The notes: generated from the letters alone by a model not told the origin. A DNA stretch of 64,000 nt from an uncultured bacterium (GCA_963708045.1 OY970181.1:643740-707739); one strand, 5' to 3'; numbered from the stretch's first letter, positions 9,572 to 19,203 are shown. Program-made: numbers and translations.

Positions 9572-10602
9572 AGACAATATATGTTCTGTTAATTTTAATA
9601 TGCTTGTCGTTCCAAGGCATTTCCGGTCGTGCTGCTTCACAACAGGCCAGTACAACGGCTCCGGTTTGCGGTAATAATATTAAAGAATCGGGGGAACAAT
9701 GTGATGGTGCTGACTTTGGTGGCGCTTCTTGTGTTTCGCGCGGGTATGGCGGCGGCGGTTCATTAAGTTGTAGTGTTGCTTGTGTTTTTGTTACCTCTCT
9801 CTGTATTTCTGGCGGTGGTGGAGGAGGGGGTGGCGGTGGGGGTGGCACATATATTCCACCCGTTGAAACAAGAGTAATTTTTTCGGGACGAGCATATCCA
9901 AAAAGTTCGGTAACTTTACTTAAAGATTCGGCAGTGGTCGCAGTTACTGTTGCTGACGCCGGTGCAAATTTTCAAGTTGAGTTAGCTGGACTGTCTCCGG
10001 GGAATTATATGTTTTCAGTTTACAGTGAAGACGACAAAAGTATTCGTTCTCCCATCTTGACCTTCCCAATTTTTGTTACAACCGGCACAACGACCCGTAT
10101 TGGATCGATTTTTATCGCGCCAACGATCGCTGTTGATAAAAGCGAGGTGGTCCGTGGCGATAATATCGCGATTTTTGGGCAGAGCGCGCCAAATAGCGAG
10201 ATAACGATTGCTGTTAATTCGGATGAAGAATTTTTTGGTAAGACAAATTCGGATAGTGGCGGAGCTTATTTGTATAATTTTGATACCGTTGATTTGGAAA
10301 AAGGACAACATCTCACCAAATCAAAAGCCGCACTTTCTGGGGAAATTAGCTCGTACAGCAAAGCGGTAGGTTTTACTGTCGGCGATAAAAATACGTCAAC
10401 CGTGCCGACGGACGGTGCGTGCGGTAAAAGCGATTTAAATTGTGATGGCAGAGTTAACCTAGTTGATTTTTCTATCGGTGCTTATTGGTATAAGCGAACG
10501 CTGAGCGATGCTTTTAAAAAAATTGAACAAGCTCGTTTGAATAACGATGGGAAAATTAACATTGTTGATTTTAGTATCATGGCTTATTATTGGACGGGAT
10601 AA
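9568..10602 (+). CDS. secreted protein with Cys-rich repeat, poly-Gly linker, Ig-like middle and C-terminal type-I dockerin
   Basis: Start ATG overlaps the giant gene's stop (ATGA); 'CGNNIKESGEQCDGADFGG' Cys-rich repeat; G12 tract; dockerin repeats 'DLNCDGRVNLVDFSI' and 'LNNDGKINIVDFSI'. Confidence 0.7.
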   Translation: MKTIYVLLILICLSFQGISGRAASQQASTTAPVCGNNIKESGEQCDGADFGGASCVSRGYGGGGSLSCSVACVFVTSLCISGGGGGGGGGGGGTYIPPVETRVIFSGRAYPKSSVTLLKDSAVVAVTVADAGANFQVELAGLSPGNYMFSVYSEDDKSIRSPILTFPIFVTTGTTTRIGSIFIAPTIAVDKSEVVRGDNIAIFGQSAPNSEITIAVNSDEEFFGKTNSDSGGAYLYNFDTVDLEKGQHLTKSKAALSGEISSYSKAVGFTVGDKNTSTVPTDGACGKSDLNCDGRVNLVDFSIGAYWYKRTLSDAFKKIEQARLNNDGKINIVDFSIMAYYWTG

Positions 10603-10604
10603 AT

Positions 10605-11513
10605 ATGAAAAAAATACGTCTTATTATATTGTTGTTTATTATATTTTTTTTGAGTGCAATAAAAGTAGAAGCATCAGAAATATTTTTTCGCACGAAAAAT
10701 GTTGAAGTTGGGTTGAACTCAAAAATTGAAGTCAAAGTATATTTGAATAGTGCCGATGAGCTTGTAAACGCGGTTGAGAGCGAAATAATTTTTCCGTCCG
10801 ATTTTTTTGATCTTGATGGTTTTTATACCGGCGGATCTGTTCTTTCGCTTTGGGTTGGCGAACCGACTTTGTCTTCCTCTGACACGGTTTCGTTTGCGGG
10901 AATAGTCCCTGGCGGCTTTAATGATGCGAATGGGTATTTGTTTTCAATGATTCTTACGGCTAAAAAGGATGGTGTTGCTGTTATTTCGGCGAACAACGAA
11001 AGAATTTTACTAAATGATGGACTCGGATCGCCGTCCTTGGTTACTAAAAGTTCTTTAACCTTAAACGTCAATAATTTGAGCGTACCGCAAGATTTTGTTC
11101 CGCTCGCGGACGCGACGCCGCCGGATTCTTTTGAACCAAAAATATCCAAAGATAACCAAATTTTTGACGGGCGCGCGTTTCTGTCTTTTGTTAGTCAGGA
11201 TAAAGGCACGGGAATTTATCGCTATGAAGTAAAAGAAGTTCTGCCCATGGGATCGTTTTCTAGTTTGTTTAAAAAAGGCGCGTGGCGGACGGCGGAAAGT
11301 CCATATCTCCTGCAAGACCAAACTTTAAAAAGTTTTATTTATGTTAAGGCGGTTGATTGGGATGGAAATGAGCGCATTGTACAAATACGTCCAGTAAACG
11401 ACCTTATATGGTATGAGAACTATTTAATCTGGACGATTTTTGCATTAACCGTCATAGTGTTATTTGTCTGTTCGTTATTGCTAAAGACAATTCTTATTCG
11501 CAAAAAAGCTTAG
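10605..11513 (+). CDS. cohesin-like domain protein with signal peptide and C-terminal TM anchor
   Basis: Signal peptide; about 140-aa beta-sandwich-like segment 'IEVKVYLNSADELVNAVESEIIFP...VSFAGIVPGGFNDANGYLFSMILTAKKDGVAVISANNERILLNDG' resembling type-I cohesin; C-terminal TM and 'IRKKA'. Confidence 0.5.
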   Translation: MKKIRLIILLFIIFFLSAIKVEASEIFFRTKNVEVGLNSKIEVKVYLNSADELVNAVESEIIFPSDFFDLDGFYTGGSVLSLWVGEPTLSSSDTVSFAGIVPGGFNDANGYLFSMILTAKKDGVAVISANNERILLNDGLGSPSLVTKSSLTLNVNNLSVPQDFVPLADATPPDSFEPKISKDNQIFDGRAFLSFVSQDKGTGIYRYEVKEVLPMGSFSSLFKKGAWRTAESPYLLQDQTLKSFIYVKAVDWDGNERIVQIRPVNDLIWYENYLIWTIFALTVIVLFVCSLLLKTILIRKKA

Positions 11514-11549
11514 CCTCGGGTTATTGTTTCTGTCAAAAGATAGGTTGAT

Positions 11550-11580
11550 GGCAAACCGCTTTTTGGCGGTTTTGCCAATT
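11550..11580 (+). terminator. hairpin terminator-like element downstream of the cohesin-like gene
   Basis: 'GGCAAACCGC-TTTTTG-GCGGTTTTGCC' stem-loop followed by an A/T-rich tail. Confidence 0.45.
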
Positions 11581-11639
11581 TAGAAAAATTGTTATTGTTG
11601 TTCAACGGAAATAGAACCAAAAAATCAGTCGTTTAATTT

Positions 11640-13397
11640 ATGAAAATAAAAAAACAAATAAGTGGCAATGATCAGGCAGTACCGAGCTTAGTGAGTTTAT
11701 TGCGTCGTTATCTGGGAATTATTTCGCTCCTGGTTATTTTTACCGTGATTGCGAGCGCATTAACGGTGGCTGTTCCCAAGATCATCGCTAGGGCGATTGA
11801 CGCATACGCGAGCGGCGGTTTTTCAATAAAATCTTTGGCGATTGAATTTTTGGCGGTCACGGTCTTGATTTTTATTTTTACGTATTTGCAAAATATTGCT
11901 CAAGTTTTTGCTTCCGAAAAAGCCGCGCGCGACCTGCGCAACGAAATCATAGCCAAAATCTCGGTTGAGCCCTTTTCGTATATCGCGAACGCCACGCCCG
12001 CGGCACTACTTACTAATTTAACTTCAGACGTTGACGCGGTTAAAGTTTTTATTTCAATGGTCGTGTCGTCGGTCGTGTCGTCGGCTTTTCTTATTATCGC
12101 AATCGCCGTTCTCCTTATTTTAACCGATTGGAAACTGGCGCTAATTGTGCTCGCGATTATGCCTGCGATCGGCGCCGCGTTCTTTTTTGTCCTAGCGCGG
12201 GTAAGAAAATTATTCGTTAAGTCGCAAGAAGCCATTGATTGGCTGAACAAAGTCATTAGTGAAAGCATTTTTGGCTCGGCGCTTATCCGCATTTTAAATT
12301 CTGAAGAACCTGAATTTAAAAAATTTACAGCGGCAAACGCCGAGGCAAAGCAAATAAGTCTTAAAATTCTAGGGCTATTTTCTGGTCTTATCCCGATTGT
12401 TGTGTTTTTGACAAATATTGCAACGCTCGCAATTGTTGTTTTTGGCGGCCGCTATGTTATCCGTGGAGAAATCTCACTTGGAAATTTTACCGCTTTTAAT
12501 GCCTATCTCGCGATTCTTATTTTTCCGATAATGATTATTGGTTTTATGAGCACCTTGATCGCCCAAGCACAGGCGTCATACGGTCGTATTTATAAAGTTT
12601 TAAGCGCGCCCGTGGAAAAGAAAACCGGCGGGATCACCGCAAAAATTAAAGGCGACCTTGAGGTTAAAAATCTTACGATTAATTTTGGCGAACGCGCCGC
12701 GCTTAAAGGTGTTTCGTTTTTCGTAAAAGCCGGAAGTAGGACGGCAGTAATCGGCCCCACCGCCGCCGGAAAAACGCAACTTCTTTATGCGCTCACCGGT
12801 CTCGTTGCTCCGTCTTTTGGAGAGATTATTCTTGATGGCCGAAATATAAATGAATATGACAAAGAAAGTTTACATAGCCAAGTCGGTTTCGTTTTTCAAG
12901 ACAGTGTAATGTTTAATTTAAGTTTGCGCGAGAATATCGCCTTTAACGCCGTTGCCCCCGAAGAAAATATTCAAAAAGCCGTTAAAACGGCCGAGCTTGC
13001 TGATTTTGTTGAAGCCTTGCCGCAAAAGTTGACGACGCTTGTTTCGGAGCGGGGGACAAGTCTTTCTGGCGGTCAAAAACAGCGGATTATGCTGGCGCGC
13101 GCGCTCGCGCTTAATCCGAGCGTTCTCTTGCTTGATGATTTTACGGCGCGCGTGGACGCCGCGACTGAAAGAAAAATTTTAAAAAATATCGCCGCAAATT
13201 ATCCAAATCTGACACTAATTTCGGTAACGCAAAAAATTTCTTCAATAGAGCATTACGATAAAATTATTTTGCTTATGGAGGGCGAACTCGTCGCCACGGG
13301 AACGCACGACGAGCTTTTGGCGACGTCACCCGAGTACGTTCAAATTTTTGAATCCCAGAAAAGTACGAACGAATACGAACTAAACAAAGAAAAATAA
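11640..13397 (+). CDS. ABC exporter permease/ATPase half-transporter with a degenerate NBD
   Basis: 6-TM domain plus NBD: Walker A 'GPTAAGKT', signature 'LSGGQKQRI', Walker B 'LLLDDF' (Glu to Asp), H-loop 'VTQKI' (His to Gln). Confidence 0.85.
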   Translation: MKIKKQISGNDQAVPSLVSLLRRYLGIISLLVIFTVIASALTVAVPKIIARAIDAYASGGFSIKSLAIEFLAVTVLIFIFTYLQNIAQVFASEKAARDLRNEIIAKISVEPFSYIANATPAALLTNLTSDVDAVKVFISMVVSSVVSSAFLIIAIAVLLILTDWKLALIVLAIMPAIGAAFFFVLARVRKLFVKSQEAIDWLNKVISESIFGSALIRILNSEEPEFKKFTAANAEAKQISLKILGLFSGLIPIVVFLTNIATLAIVVFGGRYVIRGEISLGNFTAFNAYLAILIFPIMIIGFMSTLIAQAQASYGRIYKVLSAPVEKKTGGITAKIKGDLEVKNLTINFGERAALKGVSFFVKAGSRTAVIGPTAAGKTQLLYALTGLVAPSFGEIILDGRNINEYDKESLHSQVGFVFQDSVMFNLSLRENIAFNAVAPEENIQKAVKTAELADFVEALPQKLTTLVSERGTSLSGGQKQRIMLARALALNPSVLLLDDFTARVDAATERKILKNIAANYPNLTLISVTQKISSIEHYDKIILLMEGELVATGTHDELLATSPEYVQIFESQKSTNEYELNKEK

Positions 13398-13401
13398 TCT
13401 T

Positions 13402-15174
13402 ATGGATTATTCGCTTTCTAAAACTGACCTTGCCAAAGAAAAAGAAAAGGGCGTGCTCGCGACCGCTTGGCGCCGCTTAGTGCCGTTAATGTCCGAAGAA
13501 GGTTGGGCGGTTTTTCTCGCGCTAATCGCGATTTTGGTGAGTTCAGCCGCCGCGCTGGTTGTTCCGGTAATTATCGCCCGCGTTGTTGATGTATATATCG
13601 TCGGAAAGGATTTTAATGGCGTGCTTGTGTATTCCACGGCGCTCGCGGTGATTTTTCTTATCGGGCTCGTTGCCAATTATTTGCAAATTAAAACGATGGG
13701 CGGGGTGGGGCGGCGGCTGTTATTTAATTTACGCAATAAAATTTTTAAAAAGCTGGAAGAACTTCCGGTCGCGTTTTTTAATCAAAATAAAGCCGGCGAC
13801 ATTATTTCGCGCATTAACAACGATACGGAAAAATTAAATCAATTTTTTTCCCAAGCCTTAATGCAATTTTTAAGCAACATCGTGCTTGTTGTCGGCACAG
13901 GGGTATTAATTCTTGTTATAGATCCGCTTTTGGGTGTCGTTGCTTTGGCACCAGCCGCGCTCGCGCTTATCGCGACGCAATTTCTTTCGCCCTGGGTTAA
14001 GCAGAGTAGTTTGCGAAGCCTCCGAACACTCGGCGGAATGAGCGCCGAAATTCAAGAAAGCATTAATAATTTTAAGGTCATTGTCGTTTTTAATCGCTTG
14101 GATTATTTCCGCGATAAGTTTAAGGAAGCAAACCAAGAAAATTATTCTGCATCAATTACGGCTGGCGTCGCCTCAAATATTTTTAATCCAATCTATGCGC
14201 TCTCATCATCGTTAGCCCAGCTTGTGGTTTTGGTTTATGGAATCTATCTTATTTCCGTGGGAAATTTTACTGTCGGTTTGCTCATCGGTTTCTTGCTCTA
14301 TGTGAATAGTTTTTATAATCCTTTGCGTCAGCTCGCGGCGGTTTGGTCGTCGCTCCAGCTCGCGCTCGCCGGCCTTGATCGGATTTCAGAAATTTTAGCG
14401 CTTGAATCGGATATAAATACGATTCAAGCGCCGCCCACTGCGCCGCCTTGTTCCAAAACGGCGGTTTTGGAATTTAGAGACGTTTCCTTTCACTATAAAG
14501 AAGGCAACGACGTGTTAAGGGGCGTAAATTTCGCGCTCCAAAAAGGAAAAACTTATGCGCTCGTTGGTCCGACTGGCGGCGGCAAAACCACGACCGCTTC
14601 GCTTATGGCGCGTCTGTATGATCCGGTAGGCGGCGCGGTTTATTTGGAGGGCAAAGACATTCGTCTTTTTGACTCCAGTGAACGAACGAAGAAAATCGGA
14701 TTTATTTTGCAGGAACCATTTCTTTTTAACGGCACGCTTGGCGAAAATATTCTTTACGGAAATACCAATAAAAAGCTAGTCGCAAGCGAGCTTGAAACAA
14801 TCTTAAAAAACGCTGGCTTGGAAAAAATTTTAACGCGCTTCGCGAACGGTCTTGAAACGCGCCTTGTTTCGGGCGGCGACGCGGTGAGTCTGGGTCAAAA
14901 ACAGCTGATCGCGTTTATTAGGGCAATTTTGCGCGACCCCGATATTTTAATATTGGACGAAGCCACGGCAAATATAGATACGGTGACCGAAGGCCTGCTT
15001 CAGGAGGTTATTGATAAATTGCCCAAACGGACGACAAAGGTGATTATCGCGCATCGCTTAAATACGATTAAAAATGCCGACGAAATATTTTTCGTAAACG
15101 GTGGACATGTTACTCCAGCCGGTTCTATGGAACACGCCGTGGAAATGCTTTTGCACGAAAAAAGAGAAAGTTAA
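13402..15174 (+). CDS. ABC exporter permease/ATPase half-transporter with a catalytically competent NBD, partner of the upstream gene
   Basis: Walker A 'GPTGGGKTT', Walker B 'ILILDEAT', H-loop 'IAHRL', but degenerate signature 'VSLGQKQL'. Confidence 0.85.
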   Translation: MDYSLSKTDLAKEKEKGVLATAWRRLVPLMSEEGWAVFLALIAILVSSAAALVVPVIIARVVDVYIVGKDFNGVLVYSTALAVIFLIGLVANYLQIKTMGGVGRRLLFNLRNKIFKKLEELPVAFFNQNKAGDIISRINNDTEKLNQFFSQALMQFLSNIVLVVGTGVLILVIDPLLGVVALAPAALALIATQFLSPWVKQSSLRSLRTLGGMSAEIQESINNFKVIVVFNRLDYFRDKFKEANQENYSASITAGVASNIFNPIYALSSSLAQLVVLVYGIYLISVGNFTVGLLIGFLLYVNSFYNPLRQLAAVWSSLQLALAGLDRISEILALESDINTIQAPPTAPPCSKTAVLEFRDVSFHYKEGNDVLRGVNFALQKGKTYALVGPTGGGKTTTASLMARLYDPVGGAVYLEGKDIRLFDSSERTKKIGFILQEPFLFNGTLGENILYGNTNKKLVASELETILKNAGLEKILTRFANGLETRLVSGGDAVSLGQKQLIAFIRAILRDPDILILDEATANIDTVTEGLLQEVIDKLPKRTTKVIIAHRLNTIKNADEIFFVNGGHVTPAGSMEHAVEMLLHEKRES

Positions 15175-15264
15175 AATTAGAAATAGCGTCCGCTTGAAAT
15201 CAAAGCAAGATCGTGATATTTTTAAGGCTAAAGACTGGGCTAAGCTTTATAAAAAAGCGTAAAA

Positions 15265-16404
15265 ATGGCCAAACTCAATCAGCACTTAAAGAATTATTTT
15301 GTTCCGCATGAAGGGAATAATCATATTCCGCACGCGCTTAAACCAAAGCGGCTAATTTTTCACGTTGCTGGTGCGATTGCAGTTAAATTAATTGTTGTTG
15401 CTTTTATTTCTTTCTTTCCTTTGCGAGCGTGGCTTTCTACGGATACGGCGACATCGGAAACAAAAAAAATTATTTCTCTTACCAATGAATTACGCCTTAG
15501 TTTAAATCTTTTGCCACTTAAGGAAAATTTTAAATTAAACCAAGCCGCGAGCGACAAAGTCGCCGATATGTTTTTGGGGCAATATTTTGCCCACGTTAGT
15601 CCGGTGGAAATTAATCTGGAATCGTTTATAAAAAAAGCTGGTTATATTTATTCAATGGCCGGAGAAAATTTGGCAATGGGTTTTGGTACCGCGCCCGAAG
15701 TAATGGCGGCTTGGGAAAAAAGTCCGACGCACTATGCCAATTTAACTGATGCTAATTTTCAAGATATTGGCGTTGCGATGAGCGTTGGTAATTTTGAAAA
15801 AGTTGAAACCACGCTCGTTGCGCAATATTTCGGCCGACCAAAGGGCGAACTTGCCGCGGCGGCAGTTGAATCGGCTGTAAAAAAAATTGTTTTGCCGCCA
15901 AAACAAACGACGCTAACCGTCAAAGTACCGCCTGTTGGTGCTGACAAGATTATACACATTGAGGTCAAGCTTCCAGAAAATACGGCCGCCGCGACTGCCT
16001 CGGTCAATAATATTAATCTTGAGCTCTCGCCCCAAGGCGACAACAATTGGCAAGGAAACGCGCTTGTGACTAAAGAAGATGAAAAGGCGATAGTGAACCC
16101 AATCGTTCCGGCTTCGGTAAAAATTACCAATACCGATGGCGGCAAAGAATTGGCCGCTTTGGACTGGGACAGTGTTGTACCAGCTAAAGCTAGCGTTTAC
16201 GATCAATATGTTCTTTTTCGTCGTAATCCGTCTCTAGAAATGAAAACAATAATGGGTTTTAGTAATATATATTTTCTTTTTTTGCTCGGTCTTGTTAGTT
16301 CGGCACTACTAAGTTTTATAATTTTGCGTAAAAAACAGCATCATCACATCCTTGCCTCCAGTCTTGTTTCTGTTGCGATTATCTTTTTATTGGTTATAGT
16401 CTAG
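15265..16404 (+). CDS. membrane-anchored CAP/SCP (YkwD-like) domain protein
   Basis: 'LTNELRLSLNL...AASDKVADM...HVSP...MAGENLAMGFGTAPEVMAAWEKSPTHYANL' CAP-domain signature; N- and C-terminal TM helices. Confidence 0.65.
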   Translation: MAKLNQHLKNYFVPHEGNNHIPHALKPKRLIFHVAGAIAVKLIVVAFISFFPLRAWLSTDTATSETKKIISLTNELRLSLNLLPLKENFKLNQAASDKVADMFLGQYFAHVSPVEINLESFIKKAGYIYSMAGENLAMGFGTAPEVMAAWEKSPTHYANLTDANFQDIGVAMSVGNFEKVETTLVAQYFGRPKGELAAAAVESAVKKIVLPPKQTTLTVKVPPVGADKIIHIEVKLPENTAAATASVNNINLELSPQGDNNWQGNALVTKEDEKAIVNPIVPASVKITNTDGGKELAALDWDSVVPAKASVYDQYVLFRRNPSLEMKTIMGFSNIYFLFLLGLVSSALLSFIILRKKQHHHILASSLVSVAIIFLLVIV

Positions 16405-16496
16405 GTATATAAATTACATTGACATAATATTGAGAAAGGCTATACTCATCGCATAAATACTTCCCCTTGGGAAGACTAATAATTATTTCATAAACT

Positions 16497-17834
16497 ATGA
16501 AGAAATCAACAACAGCAATTGCCGTTGTGGCGGTTTTTGCGCTTTTTGCGGGTAGCTTACTCGTTTCAAGTGTGAATCGCGCTTCGGCCGAAAGTGCCAA
16601 CCCTTCGTTCTCATCATTTTGCGTTGGTAGTCCAAGCGTATGCGGGACGATTGTCACCGATGTGAGTGGTAATTCCATCACGATCACTGTTCCGTATGGC
16701 ACTGATGTTACCGGTCTATTCACAAATTTTACTTTCAATGGAGCTGAAGTTTGGGCAAATGGCGTACGGCAGTATAACGGCGACTCGATAATGAATTTTT
16801 CCTCGCCTGTTGTCTATACGATCTTTTCTTGTCCACAAACACTTTCTCGCGCTAAGACTGGAATGAGAATAGCAACGATAACTAACAGTAACTATAACGG
16901 CAACACTAACAGTAATGAAAACACCAACAGCGAGGTTTGTTTAAGTGCTTCTTATGAAGTATCAGTGACAGTTGCACCCAAGCCGGTTAAAGAAATCACT
17001 TCTTTTGGTTTTGCAACACCGTCAGCCACGGGCACGATTGATCAGGAAACAAAAAAAATTAGCGTAACTGTTCCTTATGGCACCGATGTTACAGCGCTCA
17101 CGCCGACGGTTGTTTATTCTGGTAATCGCCTGCGTCCGGATACGGGGGAAGTGCAAGATTTTTCTTCGCCAGTTACCTATACGATTGATTATTGTAAAAA
17201 GGAGGCTCAAGCGATTAGAAAAACAAAAATCGCTTTTGTTGAAGACTGTGGTGTTTCGTATGTTGTGACGGTTAAAGTTGCGGCCGCGCCACCTTCGGGC
17301 GGCGGTGGTTCGTCTGGTGGTTCTGGTTGGGAAGATCCAAGCTGTCGCACGGCGGTTGTAGCGCCTATTGGGGGTTTCGTTTTTGTGGGCGAAAACGGTG
17401 CGAACGTGAGTGAACGCAAGGTAACGTTAAAAATTGACGGTGGCAACGCAGTCTCAATGTCAATTTCCAATAACGTGGATTTTTCCGGTGCGACAATTGA
17501 GCCGTATGCCAAAACCAAAGTCTGGGAACTTACCGAGGGCGAAGGGTCAAAGCTTGTCTATGTTCGTTTTTATAACAAATGTAATATCCCAACGGATACT
17601 TTCTTAACACAATTCTCTTATACCACTGAGGTTTTGCCACAAATTGGGGGAGTTGTTTTGGGTGTGAAAGTTTATGCCGAGGGGACGTTGCTTCGTGGAA
17701 CCGATCATCGGATTTACGAATTGGTTTTAGGCCATCTAAAGTATATTCACAGCCTAGAAGAACTTGCTAAATATTATTTTGGCAAGCCGATTATTGATGT
17801 GAGCGACGACGTTATTGCTAGTTTTGGATTTTAA
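16497..17834 (+). CDS. secreted protein with two tandem about 60-aa repeats and a Gly/Ser linker
   Basis: Signal peptide; repeats 'ITITVPYGTDVTGL...FSSPVVYTI' and 'ISVTVPYGTDVTAL...FSSPVTYTI'; 'PPSGGGGSSGGSG'. Confidence 0.55.
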   Translation: MKKSTTAIAVVAVFALFAGSLLVSSVNRASAESANPSFSSFCVGSPSVCGTIVTDVSGNSITITVPYGTDVTGLFTNFTFNGAEVWANGVRQYNGDSIMNFSSPVVYTIFSCPQTLSRAKTGMRIATITNSNYNGNTNSNENTNSEVCLSASYEVSVTVAPKPVKEITSFGFATPSATGTIDQETKKISVTVPYGTDVTALTPTVVYSGNRLRPDTGEVQDFSSPVTYTIDYCKKEAQAIRKTKIAFVEDCGVSYVVTVKVAAAPPSGGGGSSGGSGWEDPSCRTAVVAPIGGFVFVGENGANVSERKVTLKIDGGNAVSMSISNNVDFSGATIEPYAKTKVWELTEGEGSKLVYVRFYNKCNIPTDTFLTQFSYTTEVLPQIGGVVLGVKVYAEGTLLRGTDHRIYELVLGHLKYIHSLEELAKYYFGKPIIDVSDDVIASFGF

Positions 17835-17858
17835 CCCGTTAGAAATAATTTGATTGTA

Positions 17859-17888
17859 AAAACCCCCGCGATAATCGCGGGGGTTTTA
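17859..17888. terminator. rho-independent terminator (bidirectional-looking)
   Basis: 'AAAA-CCCCCGCGA-TAA-TCGCGGGGG-TTTT'; perfect 9-bp GC stem flanked by A-run and T-run. Confidence 0.75.
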
Positions 17889-18237
17889 AAAATATTTTTT
17901 ACAAAAAAGAAAAAGTTAATTTTTTGAATTTCAATTAGCCGATTCACCAAGCCGTCGGGCGTGCGTTACTTTAGATGAGCAGGAAGGTGCTTGGGGCGTG
18001 ATGATGGATGATGGCATCGCCGGCGTGTACGCCGCTTTTTGCTTGCTTGTCGCTGTGCTCATTTTTAAGTAAGACAAAATCTCACAGTCGCCTCTACTTA
18101 AACGCGCTTGGGTATTTACTCAAGCGCGTCGTTGTATAGAAAAATGCCCAACACGGGTTGACAAAAACAGTATTTAGCTGATAAACAGAAGGTGGTTCTT
18201 TGTCAGATTCTCATAACTATTCAAGCGAGGTGTGCCG

Positions 18238-19203
18238 ATGCATGGTTCAATACTGTCTAGCAGTTGCATTTTGTTTAGTTGTCCGCAAATGGATGGTCTT
18301 GCTAAACGCATTTGCGCGGCTAACCCGCAAATCACCCCCGGCGGTGTTTCGTGGAAACATTTTCCCGACACTTTTCCAAATATCATTTTCCAAAAAGAGC
18401 GTCAGATCAGGAGTAGGCGGGTTGCCTTTTTGGCCTCCTTTAGCCGACCTGGCAATATCTTTGAACAGCTCTGCGCTATTTGGACACTTGCGCGTTGCGG
18501 CGTTCAACATCTTAAAGTAATCTTGCCATTTTATCCCGGGTTTTTGGATCGCGTTGAGGAGGAAGGGCAGGTGGTAACGGGAGTGTTGCTGGCGCAGATG
18601 CTGTCAATGACGCCAATTTGCGGCCAAGGGCCAGCAGAGATCGTGATGTATGATATTCACGCGCTCCAACTTCGCGGAAACTTTGGCGCCCAGGTGATTC
18701 CTCGGCTCAAAACCGGTATCAAGTATTTGCTGAAAATTTTGTCGGAAATGGAAAACATCGCGATTTGCTTCCCTGATATCGGTGCGAGAAAAAGATTTGA
18801 GAAGATGTTTGTGGGCTTTGATCTGATCATCTGCGAAAAGGTTCGTCGGGGCAACGACCGTGTTGTTACACTTATTGAGGGTGATCCGCGCGACAAACAT
18901 GTGGTCATCGTTGATGACGGTATTCAAACCGGTGGCACGGGCATTAAGTGCCGCGAGGTAATGATGAATAACGGTGCTAGTCAGGTTTCGGTTTATGCAA
19001 CACACGGTATTTTTCCTGAAGATTCGTGGAAGCTTTTTGAGAATTCCGGTTTTGCAAATGTTTGGTTCACTGATTCGTGCCCCGAATCGGCGGCGCTCCT
19101 TGCAGATAGGGCGCAATTTCATGTCATCTCACTGGCTGATTCCATTGCTCGCGTACTCGTGGATACAGATGATTTGGTCAATGAAATAGCCCGGGTAGTT
19201 TAA
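18238..19203 (+). CDS. ribose-phosphate pyrophosphokinase (PRPP synthetase)-like phosphoribosyltransferase
   Basis: PRPP-binding loop 'HVVIVDDGIQTGGT'; Prs-like N-terminal half ('FPDTFPNIIF', 'LASFSRPGNIFEQL'); GAGG RBS 7 nt before ATG 18238. Confidence 0.6.
   Translation: MHGSILSSSCILFSCPQMDGLAKRICAANPQITPGGVSWKHFPDTFPNIIFQKERQIRSRRVAFLASFSRPGNIFEQLCAIWTLARCGVQHLKVILPFYPGFLDRVEEEGQVVTGVLLAQMLSMTPICGQGPAEIVMYDIHALQLRGNFGAQVIPRLKTGIKYLLKILSEMENIAICFPDIGARKRFEKMFVGFDLIICEKVRRGNDRVVTLIEGDPRDKHVVIVDDGIQTGGTGIKCREVMMNNGASQVSVYATHGIFPEDSWKLFENSGFANVWFTDSCPESAALLADRAQFHVISLADSIARVLVDTDDLVNEIARVV

Noticed and set aside
9552-9848. Antisense ORF encoding poly-proline (PPPPPPPPPPPP)
   Set aside because: It is the reverse complement of the GGn codons encoding the 12-Gly linker in the dockerin protein, so it is a mirror artefact of a low-complexity coding stretch.
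18158-18186. Sigma70-like promoter (TTGACA-17-ATAAAC) upstream of the prs-like gene
   Set aside because: The -35 hexamer is perfect but the best -10 candidate matches TATAAT at only 2-3 of 6 positions, which is too weak to report as a feature.
18174-18520. Overlapping ORFs upstream of and inside the prs-like gene
   Set aside because: They overlap the 5' end of a gene with clear Prs homology and a properly spaced RBS+ATG at 18238, so they are spurious alternate frames.
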